From: an uncultured Chloroflexia bacterium
GTDB taxonomy: Bacteria; Chloroflexota; Limnocylindria; Limnocylindrales; CSP1-4
DNA: 64,000 nucleotides
Assembly: GCA_963707215.1 (NCBI GenBank)
Contig: CAVPPB010000003.1
Span: 1,120,001 to 1,184,000, forward strand
Reading direction: 5' to 3'
Shown: positions 41,865 to 52,148 of the stretch, piece by piece
Position numbering within the stretch: the first letter of the stretch is position 1
How the letters are laid out: every line of letters begins with the position of its first letter
Program-made: the position numbers and the translations under genes
The notes under the pieces: generated by a model
The model's database searches: none
Seen by the model: only the letters and a program-made list of their open reading frames with translations
Told to the model about the DNA's origin: nothing

Positions 41865-41911
41865 GACGTCCGGGCCCGCCTGGCCAAGCGCTCGGCGCGC
41901 AGCTCGGGCCC

Positions 41912-42568
41912 CTAGCCGGCCGCCGCCCGGGCCGCCTCCCAGTCCTTCTTGAACTGGGCGATCCCCTTGTCGGTCAGTGGATGACGGACCATCTGCCCGA
42001 AGACCTTGAACGGCACGGTCGCGACGTGAGCCCCGGCCAGCGCGGACTCGGTGACGTGGCGCGGATGGCGGATCGAGGCCGAGAGAACCTCGGCATCGAG
42101 CTCATGGAACCGGATGATCTCGGCCAGCTCGCGAATAACGGTCATCCCATCCTCGTTGATGTCATCGAGGCGACCGACGAACGGCGAGAGCAGGCTGGCC
42201 CCGGCCTTGGCCGCCAGGAGTCCCTGGTTGGCACTGAAGATCAGGGTGCAGTTGGTGCGGATCCCCTCGGCCTTGAACCGGCTGATCGTCTCCAGCCCGA
42301 GCTCGGTCATGGGAACCTTGACGACGATGTTGTCGGCGAGCTTGGCGAAGTGGCGGCCCTCGCGGAGCATCCCCTCGACGTCGTCGGCGATGACCTCTGC
42401 CGAGACGGGACCCGGCGTGATCGCGCAGATCTCCTTGAGGACGTCGTCGTAGGAGGCGCCTCCGACCTTGGCATAGAGGGTCGGATTGGTGGTCACACCG
42501 TCGAGGACCCCCCAGCGGGCGACGGTCCGGATCTCGTCGACGTCGGCGGTGTCGATGAAGAGCTTCAT
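41912..42568 (-). CDS. fsa: Transaldolase / fructose-6-phosphate aldolase
   Basis: MKLFIDTA, GVTTNP, VVKVP, NCTLIFS, SPFVGRLDD, SASIRHP, HPLTDKG. Confidence 0.95.
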   Translation of the reverse strand: MKLFIDTADVDEIRTVARWGVLDGVTTNPTLYAKVGGASYDDVLKEICAITPGPVSAEVIADDVEGMLREGRHFAKLADNIVVKVPMTELGLETISRFKAEGIRTNCTLIFSANQGLLAAKAGASLLSPFVGRLDDINEDGMTVIRELAEIIRFHELDAEVLSASIRHPRHVTESALAGAHVATVPFKVFGQMVRHPLTDKGIAQFKKDWEAARAAAG

Positions 42569-42750
42569 GGGCAGGCTCCTTGGGGCGGCTCGACGGCCGC
42601 TAGGGGTACGGCCCGGGCCGGGCGGACCGGCCGGCGACGATCGGTCGGCTGTCCGCGCATCGTATCGCGGCCGGCGCATCCCACGGGCCTGACGGCGTTC
42701 CCTCCCGGCGGGACGCCGAGGGTGGTCGAGTCGTGCGCCGGTCCGGGCGA

Positions 42751-43404
42751 TCAGAAGCCGAGTGGTTCGGCGACCAGGATCACGGTCGTCCGACCCGGAG
42801 CGTCGGCGCTCATCACCAACCTGGTGTGGATCGCGCTGCCGCGCCCGTACGCCTCGCGAGCACGAGCATCCTCGAGGGGCAGGACATGCCGTTCGATCCG
42901 CTCGAAGGCTGCGTCGAGGTCGGGCACGATCTTCTGGGCGCCCACGACCACGATGACCCGGGCCGCACCGGCCGCGATCGGTCCGAGCTGGGTCCCCGAC
43001 CGGGACGCCCAGACGAGCTGGCCATCCTCGGTCACCGCATTGGCGCTGTTGACGAAGACTTCTGGGGCAGCCCGGAGGCGCCGGATCTCCGCGGCCTGGG
43101 TCGCCCGGTCCAGGGCCATCATCCTGGGTCGCACCGGATCGTAGCGGCCGGAGGTCTCGAGCTCGGCGCGGATCCCGGACGCTTCCAGGGTCACCGAGGA
43201 GCCGGAGTGGACCTCAGTGCCGGCCGGCACAAGGTCGAGGACCAGTGCCTTCGCCTCCTCGGCGTCGGCGGCCACGCGCCCGTCGATACCGCGGGCACCC
43301 ATCGCCTCGGCGACGCGCTTCAGGAGCGCACGTGAGGCTGGTGTGGTGAATGGTCCGGTCGGCGGCGAGGTCGTCGGCGTCGGCATGTTCATTGGGGTCG
43401 GCAT
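42751..43404 (-). CDS. LUD domain (lactate utilization-like) protein
   Basis: GSSVTL, NAVTEDGQLV.AS.SG.QL, VVGAQKIV.DL. Confidence 0.85.
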   Translation of the reverse strand: MPTPMNMPTPTTSPPTGPFTTPASRALLKRVAEAMGARGIDGRVAADAEEAKALVLDLVPAGTEVHSGSSVTLEASGIRAELETSGRYDPVRPRMMALDRATQAAEIRRLRAAPEVFVNSANAVTEDGQLVWASRSGTQLGPIAAGAARVIVVVGAQKIVPDLDAAFERIERHVLPLEDARAREAYGRGSAIHTRLVMSADAPGRTTVILVAEPLGF

Positions 43405-43422
43405 CCGTTCTCATCACCTCAG

Positions 43423-43440
43423 TCGTTGCGTGCGCAACGA
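43423..43440. promoter_or_regulatory. Perfect palindrome TCGTTGCG-TG-CGCAACGA, probable repressor operator of the LUD gene
   Basis: 8-bp arms, 18 nt upstream of the LUD start codon. Confidence 0.65.
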
Positions 43441-43496
43441 TATCAGACGCGCCTGCATCCGTCGAGGGCAAGGGATCGGATCCAGGCGGCGCCGCG

Positions 43497-45206
<1,710 letters not shown>

Positions 45207-45267
45207 GGGCCTGGAGTCCTCCGGGGTTTTTCGATGCTACCGAATCCGAAGGTCCGGCGGCAACCGG

Positions 45268-46083
45268 CTAGCCCTCGAACGCGCCCGGCGGCGGGTCCCA
45301 GAGTCCCTCGCCCCAGGCTTCCGGGCCACAGAAGAAGGGCCGCCGGACCGGTCCCGGCAGCGACGCCGGGTCGATCGCCCAGGCTGCCAGCGCCTCGGCC
45401 AGCCAGGCCTCGATCTCGGCGAACTCTGTCCACCGCTCGAAGGGCCAGCCGTGCTCGAGACAGAGCCGGACAAGGGCCCGCTTGGCGAAGACGATGTCGG
45501 CATAGCCGGCGGCGTAGCGGTCACTCTCGCCGTCCCCGATGAAGACGACCGTCCGGCCGGCGGCCTGATGGGCGAGCACCCGGGCTCGCTTGCAGGTCCC
45601 ACAGACGAAGCACCGCAGGTGGCCGTTCGGGAACTCGATCCGCGGCGCCGATGTCCGATCGAAGCGCATCCTCGCGGTGACGATTGGGACGTCGGCCAGG
45701 CCCAGCCGTGCCAGGGCAGGCTCGATGAAGAAGCCGAAGCCGTCGCTGACGACCTCCACCGGGATCCCGGCCGCCCGGGCCCGGGCGACGAAGGCCGGGA
45801 AGGTCGGATCGGTCGGCTGGGCGGCCGCCGTCGCCAGGAGCGCGGCCGGGTCGGCCGGCATCCGGGCGACCTCGTCGATCATCAGCCGGCGCGAGCCAGC
45901 GAGGCCGGCGTCGTAGGCGGCGGCCTCGGCCTCCCAGACGGCCGGCGTGTGCTCGGCCAGGAGGACATCGCCGACGTCGGTCAGGGCGATGGTGCCGTCG
46001 AAGTCGACGAGGATCGCCAGGGGGACGGACGGAAGCTCGGCCGTTCGGTTCGGCGACGGGCGGCTCGGCGGCGGCTCGGTCAC
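45268..46083 (-). CDS. MtnX-like HAD-IB phosphatase
   Basis: DFDGTI, VVSDG, CGTCK, FIGDGESD..AA..AD.VFAK. Confidence 0.88.
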   Translation of the reverse strand: MTEPPPSRPSPNRTAELPSVPLAILVDFDGTIALTDVGDVLLAEHTPAVWEAEAAAYDAGLAGSRRLMIDEVARMPADPAALLATAAAQPTDPTFPAFVARARAAGIPVEVVSDGFGFFIEPALARLGLADVPIVTARMRFDRTSAPRIEFPNGHLRCFVCGTCKRARVLAHQAAGRTVVFIGDGESDRYAAGYADIVFAKRALVRLCLEHGWPFERWTEFAEIEAWLAEALAAWAIDPASLPGPVRRPFFCGPEAWGEGLWDPPPGAFEG

Positions 46084-47081
46084 ACCGGCGAGGATACCCG
46101 GCGCCGGATGGCCAGCGGCACGACCCGGTCGCGACGGGTCATCAGGACGCCGGCCACGATGACCGCGCCACCCACCACCTGGACGGCCCGGATCGGCTCG
46201 GCCAGGACCAGCGCAGCGACGACGAGGGTGAAGGCTGGCACGAGGAACTGGAAGGCCGTCACCCGGCTTGGCCCCAACAGCTTGACCCCGTGGAAGACGA
46301 CGACGTTGGGCAGCCCGGCGGACAGCACGCCGGAGTAGAGGATCATCGGCGCCGTGGCCAGGATCGCAGGTCCCGGCTCGGCGACCCCCGCCAGCTGGAC
46401 GATCCCGAGCGGGAGGAGCACGAGCGTCCCGAAGAGGATGTTCCAGGTCGTCGTCCGCAGGGGCGAGTAGCGGCGCAGGATCCGGGCACCCCAGGCCGTG
46501 TAGATCGCCCAGCACAGCGCAGCCCCGAGGGTCAGCAGGTCGCCGAAGAGCGATGAGCCGAGCGACAGCCCCCCTTCGCCCACGATGAGGGCAACGCCGG
46601 CGAAGGCGACGAGGGCACCGACGAGCTTCGCGGGGGTCAGCGTGTCGGTTCCGGCCGCAACGGCCAGCAGCGCCGTGAGGACCGGAGTCGTGGCGATCAG
46701 GAGCGACGAGTCTCCCGCGGGGATCGTCTCGAGCGCGGTCATCCAGAGGATCTGGTAGAGGCCGAAACCGACGACGCCCAGGGCGGCCATGGCGGGGACG
46801 TCCCGGCGAGGCAGCCCGATGGATCCCTCGGCGACCCGGAGGATCGCCAGGAGGACGACGCCGGCAAGGGCGAACCGGAGTGCCCCGAAGGCGACGGGCG
46901 GGAGCGTCGCCACGGCCGACTTGGCGACGACGAAGTTGCCCGCCCAGAGCAGGACGACGACGAGGAGGCCGAGCTCGGCCAGCCGCCGCCCGGACGGCGG
47001 CGCCTCCGCGGTGACAGCGATGGAGCCCGCCGGTGCTCCGGCGGGCTCCTCGACTGCGGATCCCTCGGGATCGGGGCTCAG
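46080..47081 (-). CDS. DMT/EamA family transporter (probable CTG start)
   Basis: First TM (LLWAGNFVVAK) lies upstream of the ORF-track GTG; AGGAGG RBS plus CTG overlapping the upstream TGA. Confidence 0.85.
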   Translation of the reverse strand: MSPDPEGSAVEEPAGAPAGSIAVTAEAPPSGRRLAELGLLVVVLLWAGNFVVAKSAVATLPPVAFGALRFALAGVVLLAILRVAEGSIGLPRRDVPAMAALGVVGFGLYQILWMTALETIPAGDSSLLIATTPVLTALLAVAAGTDTLTPAKLVGALVAFAGVALIVGEGGLSLGSSLFGDLLTLGAALCWAIYTAWGARILRRYSPLRTTTWNILFGTLVLLPLGIVQLAGVAEPGPAILATAPMILYSGVLSAGLPNVVVFHGVKLLGPSRVTAFQFLVPAFTLVVAALVLAEPIRAVQVVGGAVIVAGVLMTRRDRVVPLAIRRRVSSPV

Positions 47082-47233
47082 AAGTCCTCCTGCTCCAGCT
47101 CGAGGGCCTCCTCGTCGGCCTCCTCGGTCAGCTTGAGCCAGATGAAGAGTCCGGCCAGCACGACGAGCGGGACGATGACGAGGGCGGCGATCAGCACGCC
47201 CAGGGCGATGCCGAGGACCTTCAGGGCTTTCAT
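47078..47233 (-). CDS. Small single-TM protein with acidic tail (51 aa)
   Basis: AAGGAG RBS; MKALKVLGIALGVLIAALVIVPLVVLAGLFIWLKLTEEADEEALELEQEDF. Confidence 0.75.
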   Translation of the reverse strand: MKALKVLGIALGVLIAALVIVPLVVLAGLFIWLKLTEEADEEALELEQEDF

Positions 47234-47258
47234 GGTCGGTCTCCTTGTGCGGCGGCGG

Positions 47259-47822
47259 TCAGCTCGCTTCGGTCGGGGTCCCGGCGGCCGGCGTCGGCGC
47301 GGGCGCGGTCGCGGGACGACCCAGGTTCGTGCCGCGCAGGCTCGGCGCCGAGGCGATCAGGCGGTCGAGGTCGTCGGTGGTGAACTCGACGAGCTCGTGG
47401 TGGCGGCCGGTCTGGCCGGCCATGAGCAGCCGGACGACGAACGCCCCGCCCTGCTCGAAGAAGAAGATATCGGTGGGATGCCGCTCGTCGAGGTAGCGCC
47501 CGATGACCCGGAAGGCCTGCTCGTGGCGGCCGCCCTCGGCCGGCGTCCCGTCGGGCCCGGGGCGGCTCCGTCGGGTCAGCGCCTCCTCCATGAACCGGGC
47601 GATGTCCTCGTCGAGGAAGGTCAGCGTCTCCTTGGTCTCCACGCCGATCGACTCCGACCAGGCCCCGCCGGCTGCCCCGGCCGTGACCAGTCCCTGGACG
47701 ATGAACCCGTCAGGGGCCTCGAGGAGGAGGACATCGCGCATCCCCCGCTGGTCGATGAACGCGCCGATCGACCGGAGGACCTCCTCGAAGTCCTGGCGCG
47801 GCGCCCCGTCGTAGATGCGCAT
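47259..47822 (-). CDS. Hypothetical protein with tandem internal duplication
   Basis: GGAGG RBS; two similar halves (EEVLRSIGAFID / EQAFRVIGRYLD). Confidence 0.75.
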   Translation of the reverse strand: MRIYDGAPRQDFEEVLRSIGAFIDQRGMRDVLLLEAPDGFIVQGLVTAGAAGGAWSESIGVETKETLTFLDEDIARFMEEALTRRSRPGPDGTPAEGGRHEQAFRVIGRYLDERHPTDIFFFEQGGAFVVRLLMAGQTGRHHELVEFTTDDLDRLIASAPSLRGTNLGRPATAPAPTPAAGTPTEAS

Positions 47823-47858
47823 CCGGCCTCCCCTCGAGCCTCGCTCGTCGATGGCGGA

Positions 47859-48851
47859 TCAGGACCCGGTCGTTCGGTCGATGAGGCCCAGATCCTTCGC
47901 CCGGCGTTCGCTCATCCGGAACACGACCGCCGCGACGAGTGTACCGACGGCCCCGGTCACCAGCAAGGCTCCTAGGATCACGGACGGCTCCGGGGCCGGT
48001 GTTCCGGAGATCGCCGCCCAGGCCGAGCCCGGACCCCCGATGCCGGAGACCGGATCGACGAAGAGTGCCCGCCTGGTCCCCTCCACCCACCAGGCCAGGG
48101 GCGTGAGCAGACCCACGACCTGGAGCGCGAACGGCAGGACGGCGAGGGGGAAGATCGCACCCGAGACGAGGAAGAGCCCACCGGCCACGGCCTCCGAGTA
48201 CGACCAGGCCTCCTGGCGGGTCTGGAGGACGATCGCCGCCATCAGGACGCCGATCGAGACGACCACGACGACGCCGACCGCGCTCACCAGGCCGAGGCCG
48301 ACCCAGTCCACGGCCGCGGGATCGAACGCCACCCCCAGGAGGACCACGCCGAAGGCGAGCGTGATGACCGCGCCGACCGCTCCCACGAGCGCCCGGGCGA
48401 CGGCCCGGCCGACGAGGAAGAGCAGGAAGTCGGAGGAGCTCACGTAGACGTACTTGACCATCCGGTAGCGCTCACGGTCGTCGAGGATCGACCAGGCCAG
48501 GCCGGCGATGCCCGACACGACGAAGGCCCAGAGGGCGCTGCCGGTGACGACGTAGCTGCGGTATTCGCGGGTAGAGGCGCCGCCCACGACCTCGAGCATC
48601 GCGACCAGGATCAGGGCTCCGGACACCGGCTTGGCGACCGAGTAGATGAAGAACAGGACCGGATCGGTCCAGTTCGCCTCCATCGACCAGCCCAGGCGGA
48701 CCGCCGTGGCGAAGGTCCGCCAGGCCTCGCGCGGTCCGCCGCCCCGTGTCCGGTCGGGCGAGAAGCCTCCGCGGGAGCCGAGCGCCCCACCTGCGTCGAG
48801 CGGGGCGCCGGGGATCGCCGGCGACATGGTCGGGGAGCCGAGGTCCGTCAC
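47859..48851 (-). CDS. ABC-2 type transporter permease
   Basis: Multiple TMs, SGAIFPLAVLP, TPLAWW; GTGA overlap. Confidence 0.88.
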   Translation of the reverse strand: MTDLGSPTMSPAIPGAPLDAGGALGSRGGFSPDRTRGGGPREAWRTFATAVRLGWSMEANWTDPVLFFIYSVAKPVSGALILVAMLEVVGGASTREYRSYVVTGSALWAFVVSGIAGLAWSILDDRERYRMVKYVYVSSSDFLLFLVGRAVARALVGAVGAVITLAFGVVLLGVAFDPAAVDWVGLGLVSAVGVVVVVSIGVLMAAIVLQTRQEAWSYSEAVAGGLFLVSGAIFPLAVLPFALQVVGLLTPLAWWVEGTRRALFVDPVSGIGGPGSAWAAISGTPAPEPSVILGALLVTGAVGTLVAAVVFRMSERRAKDLGLIDRTTGS

Positions 48852-49795
48852 TGCCAGCGCACCGTCAGCCGACCGGCCTGCCGAGCCCGCCGCTCGAGCG
48901 ATCGGAGGCTGAAGCGGGCCGCCGCCACGAAGACGACCACCATGCCGACCAGGATGAGCGCCTCGATGGCCGGCGAGAGCAGGCCGAAGGTCTCGCCCCC
49001 GGCGAAGGCCAGCTGGCGCATCGCGTCGAGCCCGACGGCCAGCGGGATCGTGGCCACGGCCAGGGCGCCGAGCGCCCCGAGGCGGGCGACAGGGAAGTTC
49101 AGGCCGGAGACGAAGTAGACCGGCTCGACCATGGCCTGGGTCATGTGCCAGGCCTCGCGGCCCCACATCAGGAAGAACGAGGCCAGGACCATGCCCAGGC
49201 CGTAGAGGGCGGCCAGGGTCAACCCGAAGACCGCCAGCAGGAGGGCCCACTGGTCGACCGAGAAGCTGACCCCGAAGACCAGCGTGGCGATGACCAGGAC
49301 GGCCAGCGCCCGGCTCGAGCTCATGACCAGGCCGCCGATGGCCATCCCCAGGAGGACGCTCATGAGGTCCATCGGGGCGGCGAAGTAGAGCTCCAGGTTG
49401 CCCTGGTCGCGCTCCCAGTACAGCTGGGCGGCCATCATCCAGACCACGTTGAGCCAGAAGGCCGTCATCGCCCCGCCCAGGACGACGAAGCCGACGAACT
49501 CCTCGGGTGCCTGGAGGGCCCGGTAGACGAAGACGAAGGCCGATGTCGTCAGGAACGGCAGGAGGATCTCGAAGAAGACCCAGGACTTTTCGCGCAGCAG
49601 GCCGGTGATGCGCGGGTAGGCGCGTCCGCGGACGCTGCGCAGCTCGGTCAGCAGGATGTGGCGACGCGTCCAGTCGGCCGACGCTCTGGGGTCACCGGGC
49701 CCCTGCCGACGGAACGCCGGTCGCACCTCGGGTGGCATCGCCGGCCCGGGCGCGGTCGCGCCCGACGCCGACCGGCGGGTGGCGGAGGACGTCAT
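48848..49795 (-). CDS. ABC-2 type transporter permease
   Basis: ERDQGNLE, SGLNFPV, GLDAMR; six TMs. Confidence 0.88.
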   Translation of the reverse strand: MTSSATRRSASGATAPGPAMPPEVRPAFRRQGPGDPRASADWTRRHILLTELRSVRGRAYPRITGLLREKSWVFFEILLPFLTTSAFVFVYRALQAPEEFVGFVVLGGAMTAFWLNVVWMMAAQLYWERDQGNLELYFAAPMDLMSVLLGMAIGGLVMSSSRALAVLVIATLVFGVSFSVDQWALLLAVFGLTLAALYGLGMVLASFFLMWGREAWHMTQAMVEPVYFVSGLNFPVARLGALGALAVATIPLAVGLDAMRQLAFAGGETFGLLSPAIEALILVGMVVVFVAAARFSLRSLERRARQAGRLTVRWQ

Positions 49796-50901
49796 GGGCG
49801 ATCCTCGTCGCGGGTCGGCGGCTCCGTCCCGTGCGGTTCCTCGGCGACCGTCGGCGCCCGCCGGACCGTCGGCTCGGGCCCGGGAACCGCCTCGTCGGAC
49901 TCCTCGAAGCCCCGGCCGACCAGCTCGACGAAGACGTCCTCGAGCGATGGCTCGGACTTCTGCAGCGACACGATGCTGGAGCCCAGCGGGCCGAGCGAGG
50001 CGACGACGTTCCCCAGCGCGGCATCGTCGGCCAGGGCGAGGTTGACGACGACCGTCTGGCGGGCCTCGTCCGGCGCGCCGCCGGCGTCGGTCGCCGCGAG
50101 CGTCGCGCTGACCACGCCGGGGAGCGCTCCGAGCGCCACCGGCCCCCCATCGAGGCGGTCCACCTCGAGCCGGAAGATGGACTCACGCTGGACCCGGCGC
50201 TTGAGCTCGGCCGGGGTGCCGATCGCCAGGATCCGGCCATGGTCGACGATGGCCAGGCGGTCGCAGAGCTCATCGGCCTCGGCCATGTAGTGGGTCGTCA
50301 GGAGGATCGTCCGGCCGGCGACGACGCCGTGCCACTCGCGGACGAGCTTGCGCACCGAGCGGGCCGCCGCGACGTCGAGGCCCAGGGTCGGCTCGTCGAG
50401 GAAGAGGATCCACGGGTCGTTGAGGAGGCCCCGGGCGAAGTTCATCTTCTGGCGCTGGCCGGTCGACAGGGTCCCGACCTTCTGGAGCCGCTGGTCGGCC
50501 AGGCCGACCGCGTCGATGAGCTCGTCGACCCGGCTCCAGCCCTCCCGGCCGGGCAGGCCGTAGAACTGGGTGAACATCCAGAGCTGCTCGCGGACGGTCA
50601 GGATCCCGTAGCCGGACTGCTCCCCGCCGGCGACCATGTTCATGATCCGGCGGATCCGCTTCGTCTCCTCCACGACGTCGAAGCCGAAGACGCGGGCCGA
50701 CCCGGCGCTCGGTGCCAGCAGGGTGGTCAGGATCTTGATGAGCGTCGTCTTGCCCGCCCCGTTGGGACCGAGCAGGCCGAAGAACTCACCCGCGCCCACC
50801 TGCAGGTCGACCCCGTCGAGGGCGACGACGGGCCGCGGCTTGGCGTCGTAGACCCGGCGGATGCCGACGGCGTCGATGGCGGGCGGGCTCGTTTGGTCCA
50901 T
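49792..50901 (-). CDS. ABC transporter ATP-binding protein (DrrA-like)
   Basis: GPNGAGKTT, LSTGQRQK, LDEPT, LTTHYM.EAD, PSLEDVF. Confidence 0.93.
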   Translation of the reverse strand: MDQTSPPAIDAVGIRRVYDAKPRPVVALDGVDLQVGAGEFFGLLGPNGAGKTTLIKILTTLLAPSAGSARVFGFDVVEETKRIRRIMNMVAGGEQSGYGILTVREQLWMFTQFYGLPGREGWSRVDELIDAVGLADQRLQKVGTLSTGQRQKMNFARGLLNDPWILFLDEPTLGLDVAAARSVRKLVREWHGVVAGRTILLTTHYMAEADELCDRLAIVDHGRILAIGTPAELKRRVQRESIFRLEVDRLDGGPVALGALPGVVSATLAATDAGGAPDEARQTVVVNLALADDAALGNVVASLGPLGSSIVSLQKSEPSLEDVFVELVGRGFEESDEAVPGPEPTVRRAPTVAEEPHGTEPPTRDEDRP

Positions 50902-51111
50902 GGATCTCGGTTCGCGGAGCGGATCCGGCAGCGGTGCCCGCTGGGCTGCGGGTCGTCGTGCCGAGGCGGCGGGCGACATCGGGGCACTCGAGCGACCGAT
51001 CCCCCCATACGCCGGTCGCTCCGCACGATGGTGACAGCCAGGACGCGGATCCGACCCGGCCGTCCGGCCGGCGAAGCCTACGTCATCCGTCGCGTCGCGC
51101 CCACCCGGAGG

Positions 51112-52056
51112 TCACCCGCGGAGGGCGACCGCGAGCTCGCCGGCGACCCGGGCGTCCTCCTCGATGAGCGCCGTGTTCGCCCGAACGGAGGCACCGCCGG
51201 TCAGCTCGGCCACCCGGGCCAGCAGCCACGGCGTGAGGGCAGGTCCGGCGACCGCGGCCCGATCAGCTTCGCCGATGGCCCGCTCGACGGCGGCTTGGGT
51301 CACCTCGGCGGGCACGGCCACGGCCTCCGGGACGGGTGTACAAACGAGGATGCCGGAGTCGAGCCCGAGCTCGAGGTGGGTCCGGACGAGCCTGGCCGCG
51401 CCGGGGACGTCGGGGACACTGGCCGGGGCCGCGACGCCGCTCGAGCGACTGATGAAGCCGGGGACGTCGGCCTGCCCCACGGCCACCACCGGCACCCCGT
51501 GGGTCTCGAGGTACTCGAGGGTGAGAGGCACGTCGAGGATCGCTTTCGGTCCGGCACAGACCACAGCCATCGGGGTGCGGGCCAGCTCCTGGAGGTCCGA
51601 CGAGACGTCGAGCGTGGCCGCCCGGTCGCCGCTGCCGGGCCCCCCGAAAGCGCCTCGATGGACGCCGCCGATCCCACCGGTGGCGAAGACACGGATGCCG
51701 GCCGCGGCGGCCGCGATCATCGTGGCCGAGACCGTGGTCGCGGCCCAGCCACCGGCCGCCAGGGCTGCGGCGAGGGACGGCCGGGCAGCCTTGCGGACCG
51801 AGCCGGCCGGTGCGGTCGCCAAGGTCTGGAGCGCCGCCTCGTCGAGCCCGACGAGGATGGCGCCGTCGCGGATCGCCACGGTGGCCGGGACGGCCCCTGC
51901 CGCCCGGACAGCCGCCTCGGAGGCCTGGGCGACCTCGAGGTTGGCCGGATACGGAAGGCCGTGGCTGATGAGCGTGGACTCGAGCGCAACGATGGGATGC
52001 CAGCTGCCGATCGCACCGGCGACCTCGGGAGCGAGTCGGAGGCGGTCCGTCAGCAT
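51112..52056 (-). CDS. psuG: Pseudouridine-5'-phosphate glycosidase
   Basis: VALESTLISHGLPYP, ATTVSATM, FATGGIGGVHRG, GPKAILD, TPWLL. Confidence 0.95.
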   Translation of the reverse strand: MLTDRLRLAPEVAGAIGSWHPIVALESTLISHGLPYPANLEVAQASEAAVRAAGAVPATVAIRDGAILVGLDEAALQTLATAPAGSVRKAARPSLAAALAAGGWAATTVSATMIAAAAAGIRVFATGGIGGVHRGAFGGPGSGDRAATLDVSSDLQELARTPMAVVCAGPKAILDVPLTLEYLETHGVPVVAVGQADVPGFISRSSGVAAPASVPDVPGAARLVRTHLELGLDSGILVCTPVPEAVAVPAEVTQAAVERAIGEADRAAVAGPALTPWLLARVAELTGGASVRANTALIEEDARVAGELAVALRG

Positions 52057-52148
52057 GGGGCAAGGGTAGCCGGGCCGGCGAGGTCCGGGGGGCGCTCGGT
52101 CCGCGCGACGGGGCTGCGTGGCCCATCGGGCGCGTCTACGCTGCGGCC

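Noticed and set aside
41865-41911. Possible rho 5' stub (AGPD-coding) at the edge of the catabolic island
   Set aside because: Only about 12 nt with several mismatches, which is chance level.
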